Below are positions 15,936 to 28,669 of a stretch of DNA of 64,000 bases, one piece after another. The translations under genes and the position numbers were made by a program. Source of the DNA: the human T2T-CHM13v2.0 reference genome, Homo sapiens; assembly GCF_009914755.1 (NCBI RefSeq), contig NC_060927.1; one strand, written 5' to 3'. The notes below the pieces were generated by a model that saw only the letters and a list, made by a program, of their open reading frames with translations, ran no database searches and had not been told where the DNA came from. How positions within the stretch are numbered: the first letter of the stretch is position 1; every line of letters begins with the position of its first letter.

Positions 15936-17015
15936 AGTATTTATGGCATACACTACATATACATACATATAGACATATACTACATATATATGTGTGTAAC
16001 ATGTTAATTTTTGTAAATAACAATAAAACAAAGGTATTAAATATTATGATGTTAAACAACTTTATTCTACTCATGTTTATAAAAATTCACATATACAACA
16101 AAATAGTCAGTTTTAAGCCCAGAAACTAGTATAAAGCATTTAATATTTTATTTTTACTGTATTATTAAATTTTACAAATTGTTTTGGTAATACTAATAGT
16201 TTAACTTGTTTGAAGAATTAAAGTACTTGGTTTGTATTTCTTGGGATGGCCCTAACACATTTGAACAACATTCATTCCGTTAGAAAAATACACTGTAAAG
16301 ATCTATTATCAAGAAAGAAATTTCGTAAGTATGGAGTGCTATAGATTTTACAGTTAAGGTCTAAACTTGGTGCATATTTTGAATTTTGACCCAGCTGGGT
16401 ATATCTTTAAGGGTCAGTAGGAAAAATTGTTTTAATGAAGATCTGTTGAGGTTCCCGACAGCAACCTTGGCTGGATGAGCTGGGTTGCTTTAGGTCAATG
16501 GCCACATTCCTTACTTTCCTGCCAAATGTAGCACAGAGAGAGGGAGTTGAGGTATGAAACAATAGGAATTAGTGAGGAGGGATGATTTTGAGTGTAGAAC
16601 ATCACAGTACCACTTTTCCTGTCCTCCTGCCTTGCTCCAGGGCAATTGCCCTGGGTCCTTAGCAAGAAGGAGACAAAAATGAAATAGTAGATCTAATCAG
16701 ATGGAAGATTTCATCTTTTGTGCTGAAGTAGAAGAGATAACACAAAGTAGTATATTTTGTGATCAAGTTGAAGATGGTTCAACAAACAATGAGCTCCTAC
16801 TGTGGGTAAGGTACTGTGCTAGGCACTCAGGTCTACAAGATGGATAAGATGGAGTTCAAAACTGTGTCTGTGTGTCAGGGGGTGAGAGGGTTGTTGAAAA
16901 CCAGAAAAAGGATTCCAATGTAAAGTAGTAAGTACAGGGATAGAGAAGCAAAAACTCAGGCATGGGAAACAGTATGGTGTCCAAGGAGAACCACAGCAAT
17001 TAAATAACAGTAGAA

Positions 17016-17193
17016 CGGCAGTCCTTAATCTTGGCTGCATAGTAGAATCATCTCATGAACTTTTAAAAAATGCCCATGACCAGGCCTGACCCAAGAGAAA
17101 TCAAATCTGAATTTCCGGAGGTGGGGTCCAGGCACTGGTAATTTTTTAAAGCTTCCCAGGTGATTCTCATTGCATTCCAGTTGAAACCCACTG
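17016..17193. mobile_element. MER5-type hAT-Charlie MITE
   Basis: CTTAATCTTGGCTGCATAGTAGAATCATCT..CCCAGGTGATTCTCAT..TTGAAACCCACTG, internally palindromic. Confidence 0.75.
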
Positions 17194-17259
17194 TAATGGT
17201 CATTGAGGGTGAATAAGTATTTGAAAATGCTATGTGAACTACAAAGCCCCACTCCGCTG

Positions 17260-17395
17260 CCAGACTGAGAGCCCTTTAACATAGAGATCATGTCTTATTT
17301 GTCTTTATATCTCCACACTTACCAATATAGGATCTGTCACATAGAAGAAGCATGGTATATATCTGCTGAATGGGTGAATGAATGAATAAATCAAC
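17260..17395 (+). mobile_element. L2 3' end
   Basis: ..TGTCTTATTTGTCTTTATATCTCC..TGCTGAATGGGTGAATGAATGAAT tail. Confidence 0.65.
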
Positions 17396-17730
17396 AATGC
17401 GAATAAACACATATTGAAGTCTTGAAACAGCATTTAAACAGAAAAAAATGATTAAAGGGAAAATATGCACTTACGGTTTATATTCAAACAGAAAGTTTAG
17501 ACAGGCATATAAACTTATGGACTGATTCAAATTAAGTTGATTTATTGCAACTTTCAAACATAATGTGAATGAACCTTAAAAATATATACAGAAATATGTC
17601 CCTGCTTTTGAGTGCTCCAGCTGAGAACATGGCTTGGTGAACAGACAATTTAAACAACAACAGATCCCAGAAAAAAAATTCAATATTTGAAATCAGAACA
17701 CAGTGGAAATCTTGGAAAGTAATCATGTTT

Positions 17731-17770
17731 TATTTGGAGCCTCCCATTTTTATTTTGAGCCTCCCATTTT
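17731..17770. repeat. 20-bp tandem duplication
   Basis: TATTT(G/T)GAGCCTCCCATTTT x2. Confidence 0.85.
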
Positions 17771-17814
17771 AATTTTTTAGATGGCCTGGTTTTGAATAAA
17801 ATCACATAGAACAC

Positions 17815-17840
17815 GTGTGTGTGTGTGTGTGTGTGTGTGT
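17815..17840. repeat. (GT)n microsatellite
   Basis: Direct observation. Confidence 0.95.
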
Positions 17841-18680
17841 ATACATAATTGATGTGTGGATTCAGACATTATGGAAATGTTCAGATAAAATTAATCTGTA
17901 ATCCAGAAGTGATTAATGAGTTTTAAATTTAAGAAAAAAGTTGCTTGCTTTTTCAACGGATGAGGAAAGGCAAAGAACTAAAAATACATTGTATTTTCAC
18001 TCTGCACTTTGCAATTTCTAAGGAAATATCATAAGAAATTGTGTCCTCATTATTGATGTCAAAGAAAAGCTAACCTTTTTGTGCTTTTGCTGCAAGTTGA
18101 CTTTGTAGCTAAGTGGTCACCATTCTGCCCCTGATACATACTCATTTATCAGTATCACTTCCAAGGAAGGAGTTAGTGTATGCTTCCATCAAATGCCTGA
18201 GGAGTGCATGTGGGCAAGAAAGAGAAACCATGTTAAGGGAAAAAAGAGACTCCCGTAGAAAGAGCACCTCAGGGAAGTACTGATCATGAGAATAAAGTTT
18301 TCATAGTTCAGAATTAAACAGGTATCGAGATCTAATTAGAGCTCTCTTCTAGGAACACAGGGATAATTCATGTGTGCCTTAGAAATGTAACACAAAGCTG
18401 GAAATAATATTATTTTGAGTGGTATCTCATATAGGGAGATCTTTTAGAAAATAAAGGCGTGTGATGAGCAAACAGAAGGTAGGAGTACGGCACCAAATTA
18501 GCGGCCAGGGATACAGAGCAGCACACCTGGGGTCCTCTTGTCTAGGTAGGGGAATGGCAGTATGGAGCAAACCCAAGCACTCAAGGAAAATAGGCAGCAA
18601 GTAGGAGGACTGCCTCTGCACTGGCATGTTCACTATGTCTGCCCCTGATCACTTCACTAAATTTCTTTCTACATACACTT

Positions 18681-20132
18681 TTAATTATTTCAATCTCTCT
18701 GTTAAATTTCTTTGATAAATTTCTGAATTGATTCTTTGTGTTTTCCTAAAGTTTGTTCAGCTTCCTTAAAACAACTATTTTGAATTTTTTGTCTGGGAGA
18801 TAACACATCTCCATCACTTTAGGGTTGGTCTCTGGCACTTTATTTTGTTCATTTAGTGAGATCATATTTCCCTGAATGTTCTTAATGCTCCTTGCACAGA
18901 TGCTTGTGGATGTGCCACAATGTCTGTATATCGAGGGATTAGGTACTTAATTTAGTCTTGAAAGTCTTGCTTTGTGCCTGTCCTTTTTCAGAGGGCCTTT
19001 CAGGGATTCTAAGCAGACTGACCACTATGTTCCCTGAGCCTGTGACCACTGCACCTCTCTCAGCACTAGGGGACAGTCTAAGACCAGGCTTGCTGAGAGT
19101 ATCAGGAGGACTCTGAGGCTGATATGGCTTTTGGGGCCAGATGGACCTAGGGAAGACCCAAGGAGGATACTAGAGCTGTGTAGAAATGGTCGCCAGGGAC
19201 CTGAGTACAGGAAACTGTTCTGGTGACCCAGAGAGGTGTGCCTCCCCGCAAGTTTCTGCACCGGTAGGATATTTTCCTGACTGGAGCCAGAGGGGCTGGA
19301 GCTAAGATGGTCCTTGCTTGGGATCTGTTGTGGAATATAGGCTGGAGAACCCAGTCTCATTGGCTCAGAGGGGTGTATGTCTCCCAAGAATTCCCTGCAT
19401 AGATGGAATAGTTTCCTGACTGCAGCGAGGTGCGCTGGAGCTAACAGTCGGCCTCTCAGAATCTGCTGTGTGGCAGAGGCTGGAGAGCCTGGTCTGATTT
19501 GCTCAGAGGAGCACATGTCTTCTAGCAAAACTGGATAGTTCCCTGAGGCTAAGGGAAGGGCCAGAGCCGAAACGGAGTCCCCTTGGGATCTGCTGTGGGA
19601 CAGAGATTGGTGAGCCCATTAGGGAGACTCAGACTGCCAGGCTGTGAGATATGGTCAAGTCTCCCTCTGGGTCCTTACAAAAGCAGCTCTGAACTGGAAA
19701 CTCAATGAAGTGGGGACTGGAGCAGATCCATGGAAGGCAACTTTCAGAAGCATGGTCGAGACCATTGTCAGTGGGCAGATGAGCCTCTCTACCAAGGCAC
19801 TAGTGTGAGGGAATTCCTCTGGACTCCTTGGCAAATGGTTTTGGTTGCAGGCTCATAAACTAATGGAAATGTGGCCAACCGGCTTAGAAGACTGGGCTGT
19901 TTTTGAGCTGGAACTCAGGAACAGATTCAGTGGATTAGCCACCTGGGTGTTGGTCTACACTCTCAAAATGACCCTTCAAGGTCTGGCCTTGGGCTCCAAT
20001 GGGGCTTCACAAACTCCCACATCAATCCTGAGGCTCCTCAGAGAAACTTTTGACTGTGGATGGGTACAAATTCTTGTTGTGGTGGTGGGATATAAGTGGG
20101 TTACCTTCTATTTTACCATCTTAGTGATGTCC
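18681..20132 (-). mobile_element. Old L1 (L1M1/L1M2-type) 5'UTR plus start of ORF1 only, TSD-flanked
   Basis: Right end CTATTTTACCATCTT is an L1 5' terminus in antisense; left part is antisense ORF1-start-like sequence; 17-bp direct repeats TCTTTCTACAT(A/G)CACTT at 18664-18680 and 20133-20149. Confidence 0.8.
19227..19633. repeat. Degenerate tandem array, three ~126-138-bp monomers inside the L1 5'UTR
   Basis: Recurring C(C/T)CAGA at 19227, 19364, 19502, 19628, each unit with ..TCC(C)TGA..GAGC..(G/A)ATCTG(C/T)TGTG..GGAGA.. Confidence 0.75.
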
Positions 20133-20349
20133 TCTTTCTACATGCACTTAATGACACTTAAATGATAGCAGCTGAGACCATTTTTCAAGAGCTGCTATTT
20201 AATGCGGTAAGAACTTATGCTACATTTCTGGGTTGGAGTCTACTGGCCCGTGCAAGCTAATCTGAAGATGATTAGCAACTCATTTGACAAGATAGGTTAG
20301 AACTGAAATGAATGAGTTAACTATTGTCCCTTAGCCTTGTTTATATCCT

Positions 20350-21005
20350 CATCATATCCCATCAGTATTATTATAATCATCCTCTACCCAGTCTCCCTGA
20401 TCCCAGTCTACTTGCATAATCATCTTCTTAAAATGTAAATCTAATAATATTGCTCCTTAACATCACTGCGTAGAAAATCTACAATGTGTTTTATCACCAT
20501 AGAGTAAATCCCCAAAATCTAAATATGGTATAATAAGGCAATTGCAACCAGTTACTTTTCCAGCTTCTTTGTTAGGTACCTCTCCCACCCCCATCATCTT
20601 TCGCTAATTACAGAAACATTCCCACTCTCCAATGAACATTCCTTACTCTTCCATGCCTCCATTCCTTGGCTTTTACTGTTTTCTATGTCGAGAACACTCA
20701 ACCTCCAAATTGCTGAAATTCCATGCATCCTTCAAGAATAGGTTCAAATCCTACTTTTGAGTAGGTTTTCCCAAACTTTCAGGCTAAGCTTTATTTGAGA
20801 ACTTTGTTCACTTTTTCTTTCTGATCATTATAGAACACTAAAAATGTGAATTACCTATTCATGTTTGTCTCCTTCATAAAACCATGAGCTCATTAGAGCC
20901 AAGGGATCAATGTGATTTGTCTTGTTATTCTCAGTTCTTAGTACTCAGCATGGTATCCAGGACATAGTACATTCTCAAATATTTTTGTTGAATGAATAAA
21001 TGAAT
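20350..21005 (+). mobile_element. L2 3' fragment
   Basis: TTCTTAAAATGTAAATCTAAT..; ends CTCAAATATTTTTGTTGAATGAATAAATGAAT. Confidence 0.7.
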
Positions 21006-21177
21006 ATATATTGTATTATATAGGATTAGGTTTGAATCTATAGAAACTCTATGACTCAGCAAGATAGAAGAATTTTTCTTTTTCCTCATATAAAGGATAT
21101 TTAGAGACAGGCAATCTAAGGCTGTATATTGGCTCAATGTTGGCATCAGTGTCACAAGAGAAACTCTGCTACCCATC

Positions 21178-21910
21178 TTCTGTAGACTGAATTATGTGCT
21201 CAGAGTCCTAACCCCCCGATGTGACTATATCTGGAGATAGAAACTTTGTGGAGGCAGTTAAATTAGGTCATAAGGGTGAGGTCATGCCATGAACTAAATG
21301 TCTGTCCCCACTACCCCATTTGTATGTTGAAAGTCTAATTCTTAATGTGATAATATTTAGAGACAGGACCTTTGGGAGGTAATTAGTTATGAGAGTAGAA
21401 CCCTATGTGAATGGGTTTAATGCCTTTATACAAAGAGACAGGAAAGAGTTTGCTTCCCCTACTCTCATGTTAGGAAACCAGGAAGAGGGCCCTAAACAGA
21501 CATTGGATCTGCCAGTATCTTGCTCCTGAACTTCCAGCCTCCAGAACTGTGAGAAATAATTTTATGTTGTTTAAACCATCTACTCTATGGTATCTTGTTA
21601 TAATAGCTCAAACTGACCAAGATAGGCCCTGATATGCTAAGATTAGTTTATTGTTTTTATCAGAAGAGAGGCATCAGAAAACCCTCTCTTACCCATCTCT
21701 GCCCTGAATTCTTGAGTTCACAAAGAAAAAGACATGGGCAAACAGTGTGGTAGCAGATGCCTACAAGCCAGGAAGAGATGCCTCACCAGAAACCAACCAT
21801 GCTGACACCTGATCTCAGACTTTGAGCCTCCAGGACTGTGAGAAAATAAATATCTGTTGTTTAAGCCACCCTGTCTGTGGCATTTTATTAAGGCAGCCTG
21901 AGCTAAAACA
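21178..21910 (+). mobile_element. MLT1A/B-like LTR, middle layer
   Basis: ..GTGACTATATCTGGAGATAG..GGTCATAAGGGTG [insert] GGCCCTGAT..CAAGCCAGGAAGAG..TTTAAGCCACCCTGTCTGTGG. Confidence 0.75.
21285..21624 (+). mobile_element. MLT1A0-like LTR, inner layer
   Basis: TGCCATGAACTAAATGT..CCAGCCTCCAGAACTGTGAGAAATAA..ACTGACCAAGATA; degenerate TSD GGTCA/GGCCC. Confidence 0.75.
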
Positions 21911-23307
21911 TTAGTTTTAACTTCAAGATCTCCTTCTGGTCTAAAATGGCTGCTGGAGTATCGGTGATTACATCTGAGTTTTGGGCAATAGGAAGGAAGA
22001 AGGAGGAGAAGGAAAAAGGGTGAGAAGTTCCCTCTCTTAACTGAGTCAGTGCTCCTTCAAAATTTCTCAGATATTCACTTAAGTACCTTGTTCACCCCTG
22101 GCTTCAAGGAAACCTGGAAAATGTACTGTGTAAGCTGGATACATTGCCAGGCATACAATCAAGCTTCTGTTTGTGAGGAAGGTGGAGAAAAAGGCTATTA
22201 GGTCAGCACTTAGTAGTTCTGGTCAGAAATGTCTTCATGACCCCCCACCCCCCTACCCCCCACAGTTGTGGCTTTTGGATGGAAAGTCTGTGTCCTGGCT
22301 CTATAGAGTGGTCCCCTACACTGCACTGAATTTGTAAAAAGGGTGTCATTTGGGTAACATAGGCAAAGATCTAGACAAAAATGTTGAAGTACAGGATGTT
22401 TTGAATGCTACTATCATTTGATTAAAGAGTTGGATAGTACAATATTTTATAACATTCCTGGAAAGAGTTTTGAGGGGATGTTCATGTTCTCTTTTTCTCC
22501 CGGCAAGGAAAATCTGAATTAAATATTCCTATAAAATTGAGAGCCTATTCTGGACCTATCACTTCAGAAGAGTTGGTTATGCTACACTAATCAGATTTAA
22601 TCCACCTTACTTGGAGATCAGCGTTCTATAGCCCAATTTGATTTACTTAATCAAATTGGAGGGGAGAAGGAATGAATATTAGGAGAGGACCACACTGGTT
22701 CTGCAGTTTCAGGGGAAATCAATCTTAAGAACTGAAGAGGTGGAGGATGACATCTGCACTCCAATATTCTCCTGTAGTAGTGTCTTGGGTTTGAGCCCAC
22801 AAAACTGTGACCAAACAATTGGGAGATTCTTGAAATGCTGTCACTATCCTGAAATTTCTAATTAACCACAAATATTCTGAGTGCTTTCTATGTTTAAACT
22901 GGCATGGCTAACCATCACTTTTTAGGGTGATCTGAATGGGTTTGAATTGAGTAACTCATTTTCCTGGTATTCCCAGCTGGCTTACTGTCATTTCATTATG
23001 CTTGTAGCAATACCACAGTTATTTAATAAATTCAATTCCACATGTTGCCCAATTGAATTTTGGGGTCTCATAATGGTCCTATGACTAGCTTCTGCTGTTT
23101 TTTACATTGCCATCTGAATGGGAAAAGGAAATAATATCCATCAATGCCTGTTTTGTATCATATCTAGGTTGAAGACCCTTCTGCCTGTCACATTGACTGA
23201 TATTTCCTCACTAGAAACCTTATTTTATAGGATTGGCATCTTCTTTTAGAATGTGATTACCTGGAGATTAAAGAACGTTGTCCAAAGTAATCCAAAGTGT
23301 TAGTGGT

Positions 23308-23823
23308 TGTGATCATTAATTTTATGTGTCAACTTGACTGCTCTAAGAGATACCCAGATAGCTGGTAAAAAATTACTTCTGAGCATGACTGTGAGGGTGT
23401 TTCCAAGAGAGATTAGTCTTTGTATTAGTAGACTGAGTAAAGAAGGTCAGTCTCACCCACGCAGGTAGGCATCATGCAATCCACTGAAGGCCCAAATAGA
23501 ACAAAATGGCAGAACAAAGGCAAATGCTCTTTCTCCTTTAGCACGGACATTCATCATCTTCTCTCATTAGACATTGGTGCTTCTGGTTTTCAGGATTTTG
23601 AACTCAGACTAAGACTTGTATCAGTGACTTTCTTGTGCTCAGGCCTCAGCCTTGGACTGAAACTACAGCATCAGCTCTCCTGGGGTTTCAGCTTGCAGAT
23701 GGCAGGTCATGGGACTTCTCGGCCCCCATAACTGTGTGAGCCAATCCCTCAAAATAAGCCTCTTTTTACCTATCTCTATATATCCTTTTGATTCTATTTC
23801 TCTGGAGAACCCTGGCTAACACA
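23308..23823 (+). mobile_element. MLT2B-type (ERVL) solo LTR
   Basis: TGTGATCATTAATTTTATGTGTCAACTTGAC..TCTGGAGAACCCTGGCTAACACA; TSD GTGGT/GTGGC. Confidence 0.88.
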
Positions 23824-23889
23824 GTGGCTGAGCAGAGGTTGTGACTCATACTATTCATCCATCTACCACATGTCAACATTTAGACTAAA

Positions 23890-24340
23890 AGGTGATATTT
23901 ATTGAAAATTAACTGTGTGGAAGGCTCTGTGTTCTCCACTCCATTTCCATCATGCTTTTTTACTCAGTAAAGCCCTCCAAGAGCTCTATTATCCTCCCAT
24001 TTTGCAAATGAGGAAACATGGAGATGTTTTGTGAGTAGCCCAAGTAGGTGAGCAGTGATTCATACCAGTATTATTTGACTTCCAAGCTTATTTTCTTAAT
24101 CAAATGCTAACTTCTGTAGCACAGAAAGAGGAAGCATATTGTAATCATTAGGAGGCTGGGCTCTGCAATATGGGTTAAAAGCCTGGCTCGGCCTCTTTCT
24201 AGATCTATAACATTGCACAGTTTATTCAAACTGTACATATCAGCATCTTTCTTTACCTGTAAAATTAATATAATTATAGTGCTTACTTCCTATGGTGGGG
24301 GTGAATAATAAATGAGAGATAATGTTCCATGGCTTTCCAA
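23890..24340. mobile_element. Two MIR relics (minus then plus)
   Basis: CCCATTTTGCAAATGAGGAAAC and CAGCATCTTTCTTTACCTGTAAAAT cores. Confidence 0.6.
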
Positions 24341-25782
24341 GGCATTCTCCAGCATCACTTTCCACAATGACCTGGTGCCCTGACCACAGCCATTTGTTAT
24401 TTGGAAAGATATAAGCTAAAGTCATTTATGATAAAGAGTTAACAATCAATATTATTGATTGCTATTTAAGCAGAAAGATTTTAAATACTTGATGTTTTAA
24501 CATGTTTTTTAAGCAACTGAGATTTGCATTTCAAATGAAATTTCAAGTAAGAGCCAAAATGTAATACAGACAAAAGCAGCAGTCTAATTAGATGCCTACC
24601 AGGTTTTGGGTCTGCTAGTGGTAAGCCAAGGGTAAGTGGGAAGACCAGTGGTGGGGATGAATATGGTGAAATCAGCCTGGACATGCTGGGCTCGTGGTGG
24701 ATGAGGACATCAGGCAGAGAGACAGCAGGCAGGTGTAGCATGTGACTTGAGCTCAGGACAGACTGCAGATCTGAAGAGACAAGTACGGAAGTTGTCCGTG
24801 TTGGGTAGTTGCAGAAGTCAGGTGTTTGGAATGATTATGCAGAGTGGAGAAAGGGCCAGGGACAGAACCTTGAGGGAAATACCCCTACTAAAGGACTAGT
24901 TAGAAGAAGACGAACACGTGTAAGAGTCTAAGAAGAAAAGTCATGAAGGGGAGGCAATCATAGGGAAGGGAGCCACAGAAGCTGCTCCAGAGGTGCAAAT
25001 CATGTTCTCCCTGTCGTCATGTTAGGGAACACACAATTCAAGTCAGTTCCCTTGAAAAACTCCCAAACTATTGGCTACAGCTGACCAGAGGCCAGAACTT
25101 GACAGAAGATGCAAGCTGAGACAATCAGATTCCCTCTTCTTGATGGATGTAACTGTAAAGGGAGACTCCAGTTCTTTTACTGAGTTTTGGAACTGGAAGC
25201 CATGTAAATCAGGACAGGGTCAGGGCAGCCATGCAGTGCAAAAGCAGAGAAAATCTGTTTCCAGACAGACAACTGAAACTGATCTGAGAAGTTATGACAG
25301 ATTCAACGGGCATAGGGTGCTTAACAAAAGAAACAAATTTCAGGTTATCATTTTTGGTTCCAGTCCTTCAAAGGTCCAGAGAGATTGCTACTTCTGGGTT
25401 CTATTCCTTGAACTACCTCGAGTGGTTTGGATTACCAGCAGCTGGTAACCTTGCACTGAGGCATAAATCAAGAAAAAAAAGAGCGCTTCAAGGAGATTGT
25501 AGTTAATAGTATCTAGTGCTGCAACATGGTTAAGGAGACAGACTGAAGTATATATCCATCCATTTGGTGTACAAACAAGAGTATATTCAGAATTTTGGTG
25601 GTGGCAAAGATTTATGGGTAGTTGGAAGAATGAAATTGAAGTCACATGGCTCTTCAGCAGAGAAGAGTGAGGGATAGAAAGATGCAAAGCTGCAGATTTT
25701 AGGTGTAGGGTTTTCTTAAAATTAAAAATAAATAACATTCCCTGGGTGTAAAGAGCCAGTAGAAAAGGAGTCTTTGCTGAAG

Positions 25783-26050
25783 CAATGGTTTGCAAAGTAG
25801 AAGGTATGGGGTGCTGTGTACTCTGTGAGGTAAAAAATGATTTGCAAGGGTGCAGGAAGAGATATCAGTACTTCAACTTAAATATTTTATCTTTTGTGAA
25901 TTCTATTTTTATGTAGTTTCATAATATACATAATATGTTATGAAAATGCTACAGTTGTGTAATTTATAAATAAATATACATACACTGAAGGTATATTCTC
26001 AAAAATTTTATTGATAGGGCTATATGCAATCAAAAAGTTTGAGGCCACAG
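25783..26050. mobile_element. hAT-Charlie DNA element (Charlie4-like)
   Basis: Degenerate TIRs CAATGGTTTGCAAAGT / AAGTTTGAGGCCACAG; 8-bp TSD TGCTGAAG/TGCTAAAG. Confidence 0.75.
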
Positions 26051-27723
26051 TGCTAAAGTATCAAAGATGCAAGATGTTCATCCTCCTAAAAGCCAATAGG
26101 CATCACAGAGTCAGCCACATGAAAGCAAATGTTTTGGCAAAGTAAAAATAAAATAGCAGAAACGGGTGTGTCCTAATCTTAAAGATGCTTTACTTTTTTA
26201 TCCCATTTTCTTTGTGCTTTCTTGAAATTTTTACTTCTTTCTTAATAAGGTGAGCTTTATGAAGCTGGAAACACAGAGGAACTCAATAAGTATTTTTTAT
26301 TTGATTACCTTTCCAGACCAAAGACTTTTGGTCATGAATGACTGATTGTAGAATACCGAAAACATCAGGTGTGAAATAAAACCTTTCTGTGAAACAAGTG
26401 CCAGAAGGATATACTTTGCTGCTTTTTTTTTTTTTTAATTCAGTGGTCTTTGGATGTCCACTTGACTCACTCCTAATCAGTCCCAGAAAAAAAAGAAAGA
26501 AAGGCCTTTGGATTGCTAGTGCTAAGCGACTCTGCTTCTTCCTTTTTTCTTATTTGAAATTGTTGGAAAATAATACAGAAGACAGAAAACATCTTGCTCC
26601 AAACATTGAGAAACCTGGGTCTTGCTACAGCTTAATGATAATACTAATATCCATCAGTTGAGTAGCAACAGATTCATCTTGATATGCTGTTCATCTTTAG
26701 GCCCCTAGAAGATGGATTTTTCAGCTTATGCAAAAGGGTAGGGTTTTCTCTTTTGCTTTCCAGTTGGAGTGAGAGTGGGAGTATTTCATTTAAAAAGTCT
26801 AGAGACAGAGATTTTTGGCATAATTCTATGTATGAAAAGTGTAACTAATTGGCAAGGGAAAGGCCTGTCTTATAGATGCTCTTCTATGAAGGTAAAGCCA
26901 GGATCCTGGGAAGGAGTGGGATGGAGAGAAGTGATCAAGAGAACTGGACTGAGAGTGGAAAGCACAGATGAAAAACCAGAGCCTCGGTAAACTGCTAGGT
27001 GATTATCTGAAGCGGGTTCTCAATTAATGGTGAGTCATTGGGAAAAGGTTAGAAATAAAGTTTAGTATGATTTTTTAATATTCTATATATGTGAATGACT
27101 ATATAACATGAATCTCTTTCTTGTCAGAAACCTCCTGGGGGTTATGTCATAACAAGAGATTATATTTAAATAAACTACCAGGTTGTCTTCTGGTTGCAGT
27201 ATTTGCTTATTATTGATTTTCATGGTTAAATTGGCAGATTCTGCTCACTCAGGGATGTTACCTCTTCCTCCAGAAGTTATTACTTTCTCCATAAACTTCT
27301 CATCCATCAAAGTCTGACTTTTCAGAGAGAGATAGTCAAGTTTAACCTAAAAATCTATAATTGAATTTGTGCTGAGTATCAATATTATTTCCACACTGCA
27401 CATCATTTCAGTGAAAAATTTTAATTCTTTATTTCCTTACTATATTACAAAATTTATATACAATGTTGATTTAGATTTCAAGTAGCTTTGCCATACATTG
27501 GCGGATCTACAGGCTTAAGTATAATAATTTCCAAATAACATTTTTCATGGGCAAAATTCAGATAAAGGGGCAAATGAAAACTAGAAGCATGAGATTGAAA
27601 TAATTTATGATAAACTTATAGTTCATACTTTATAGTTTTGTAGGTTTATAGTTTTCCACAAACCCATTTGAGCATATTTAAGTGATAAAAATGTGAATTA
27701 TGCATAAGATACCGTGGTGGTTA

Positions 27724-28669
27724 TGTAGGGAAAGTAAGTGACATCTTTTTCTCACCAGTTGAAAAATTCATGCCTGACACCCTGTATTAGTCAGGGTTCT
27801 CTAGAGAGACAGAACTAATGGGATATATATATATATATAAAATTAAGTATTGACTCACATGATCACGAGGTCCCACAATAAGCCATCTGCAGGCTGAGGA
27901 ACAAGGAGAGTCAGTTCTATTTCCAAAACTGAAGAACATGGATTCCGATGTTCGAGGGCAGGAAGGATCCAGCACGGGATAAAGATGTGGGCTTGGAGGC
28001 TAGGCCAGTCTCTGTTTTCACATTTTTCTTCCTGTTTATATTCTAGCCAAGCTGGCAACTGATTAGATTGTGCCCATCCAGATTAAGGGTGGATCGGCCT
28101 TTCCCAGCCCACTGAGTCAAATGTTAATCTCTTTTGGCAACACCCCCACAGACACGCCCAGTATCAGTACTGTGTAACCTTCAATCCAATCAAGTTGACA
28201 CACAGTATTAACCATCACACACACCTGTAATAAAAGACAGATTGTCAAGAGAAAAAGGTACCATGTTTATTTGACTAAAGTAAATGTGATATAGGAGGCT
28301 TCAGAAATGAAGACCCGAAGACCCGGGAAAAACTGTAATTTTAGGCTAAATCTGATGAAAGAAGTGGATAATTGTGGAGAAATATGAATGGACAAAAAAA
28401 GAGGATGATCTAACAGTAATAAACTAGGGGAAGGGGAGGTTCAGCAAGTTCTATTTGTTAAGATTATTTTCTGTTTAACGGTATGACATTTCTTCCCCCA
28501 CGGGTGTAGGGCAGGACATCTGTCACATGAAATTCTTATGACCTACTTTTAGGGGAGGAAGGTCAGAGAATTTTTATGAACAGCTCTTACACAGCAAGGT
28601 AGGAGAAGTCACACAGAAAGTGACCTCCAAGGTGCCATATTTTGGGATAGGGTGTTTTGCTCACAGTCA
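27724..28669 (-). mobile_element. ERV1 LTR (MER67/MER31-like), middle layer
   Basis: ..AAAAGACAGATT..GGCTTCAGAAATGAAGACCC..GCCATATTTTGGGATAG; 4-bp TSD GTTA/GCTA. Confidence 0.7.
27783..28219 (-). mobile_element. MLT2A1/A2 (HERV-L) solo LTR, inner layer
   Basis: TGTATTAGTCAGGGTTCTCTAGAG..CAATCCAATCAAGTTGACACACAGTATTAACCATCACA; TSD CACCC/CACAC. Confidence 0.9.

Larger units (their letters stand above)
21020..22226 (-). mobile_element. Old MLT1 (J/K-like) LTR, outer layer of a nest
   Basis: AAAATGGCTGCTGGAG..TACATCTGAGTT..GGCTTCAAGGAAACCTGGAAAATGT; split by 21178-21910. Confidence 0.6.

Noticed and set aside
19025-19528. 167-aa ORF
   Set aside because: Lies in the GC-richer L1 5'UTR monomer array, has a non-ATG start and no recognisable domain
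19227-19633. Repeat-spacer (CRISPR-like) reading of the monomer array
   Set aside because: Units are similar along their whole length, with no unique spacers or cas genes, in eukaryotic L1 context
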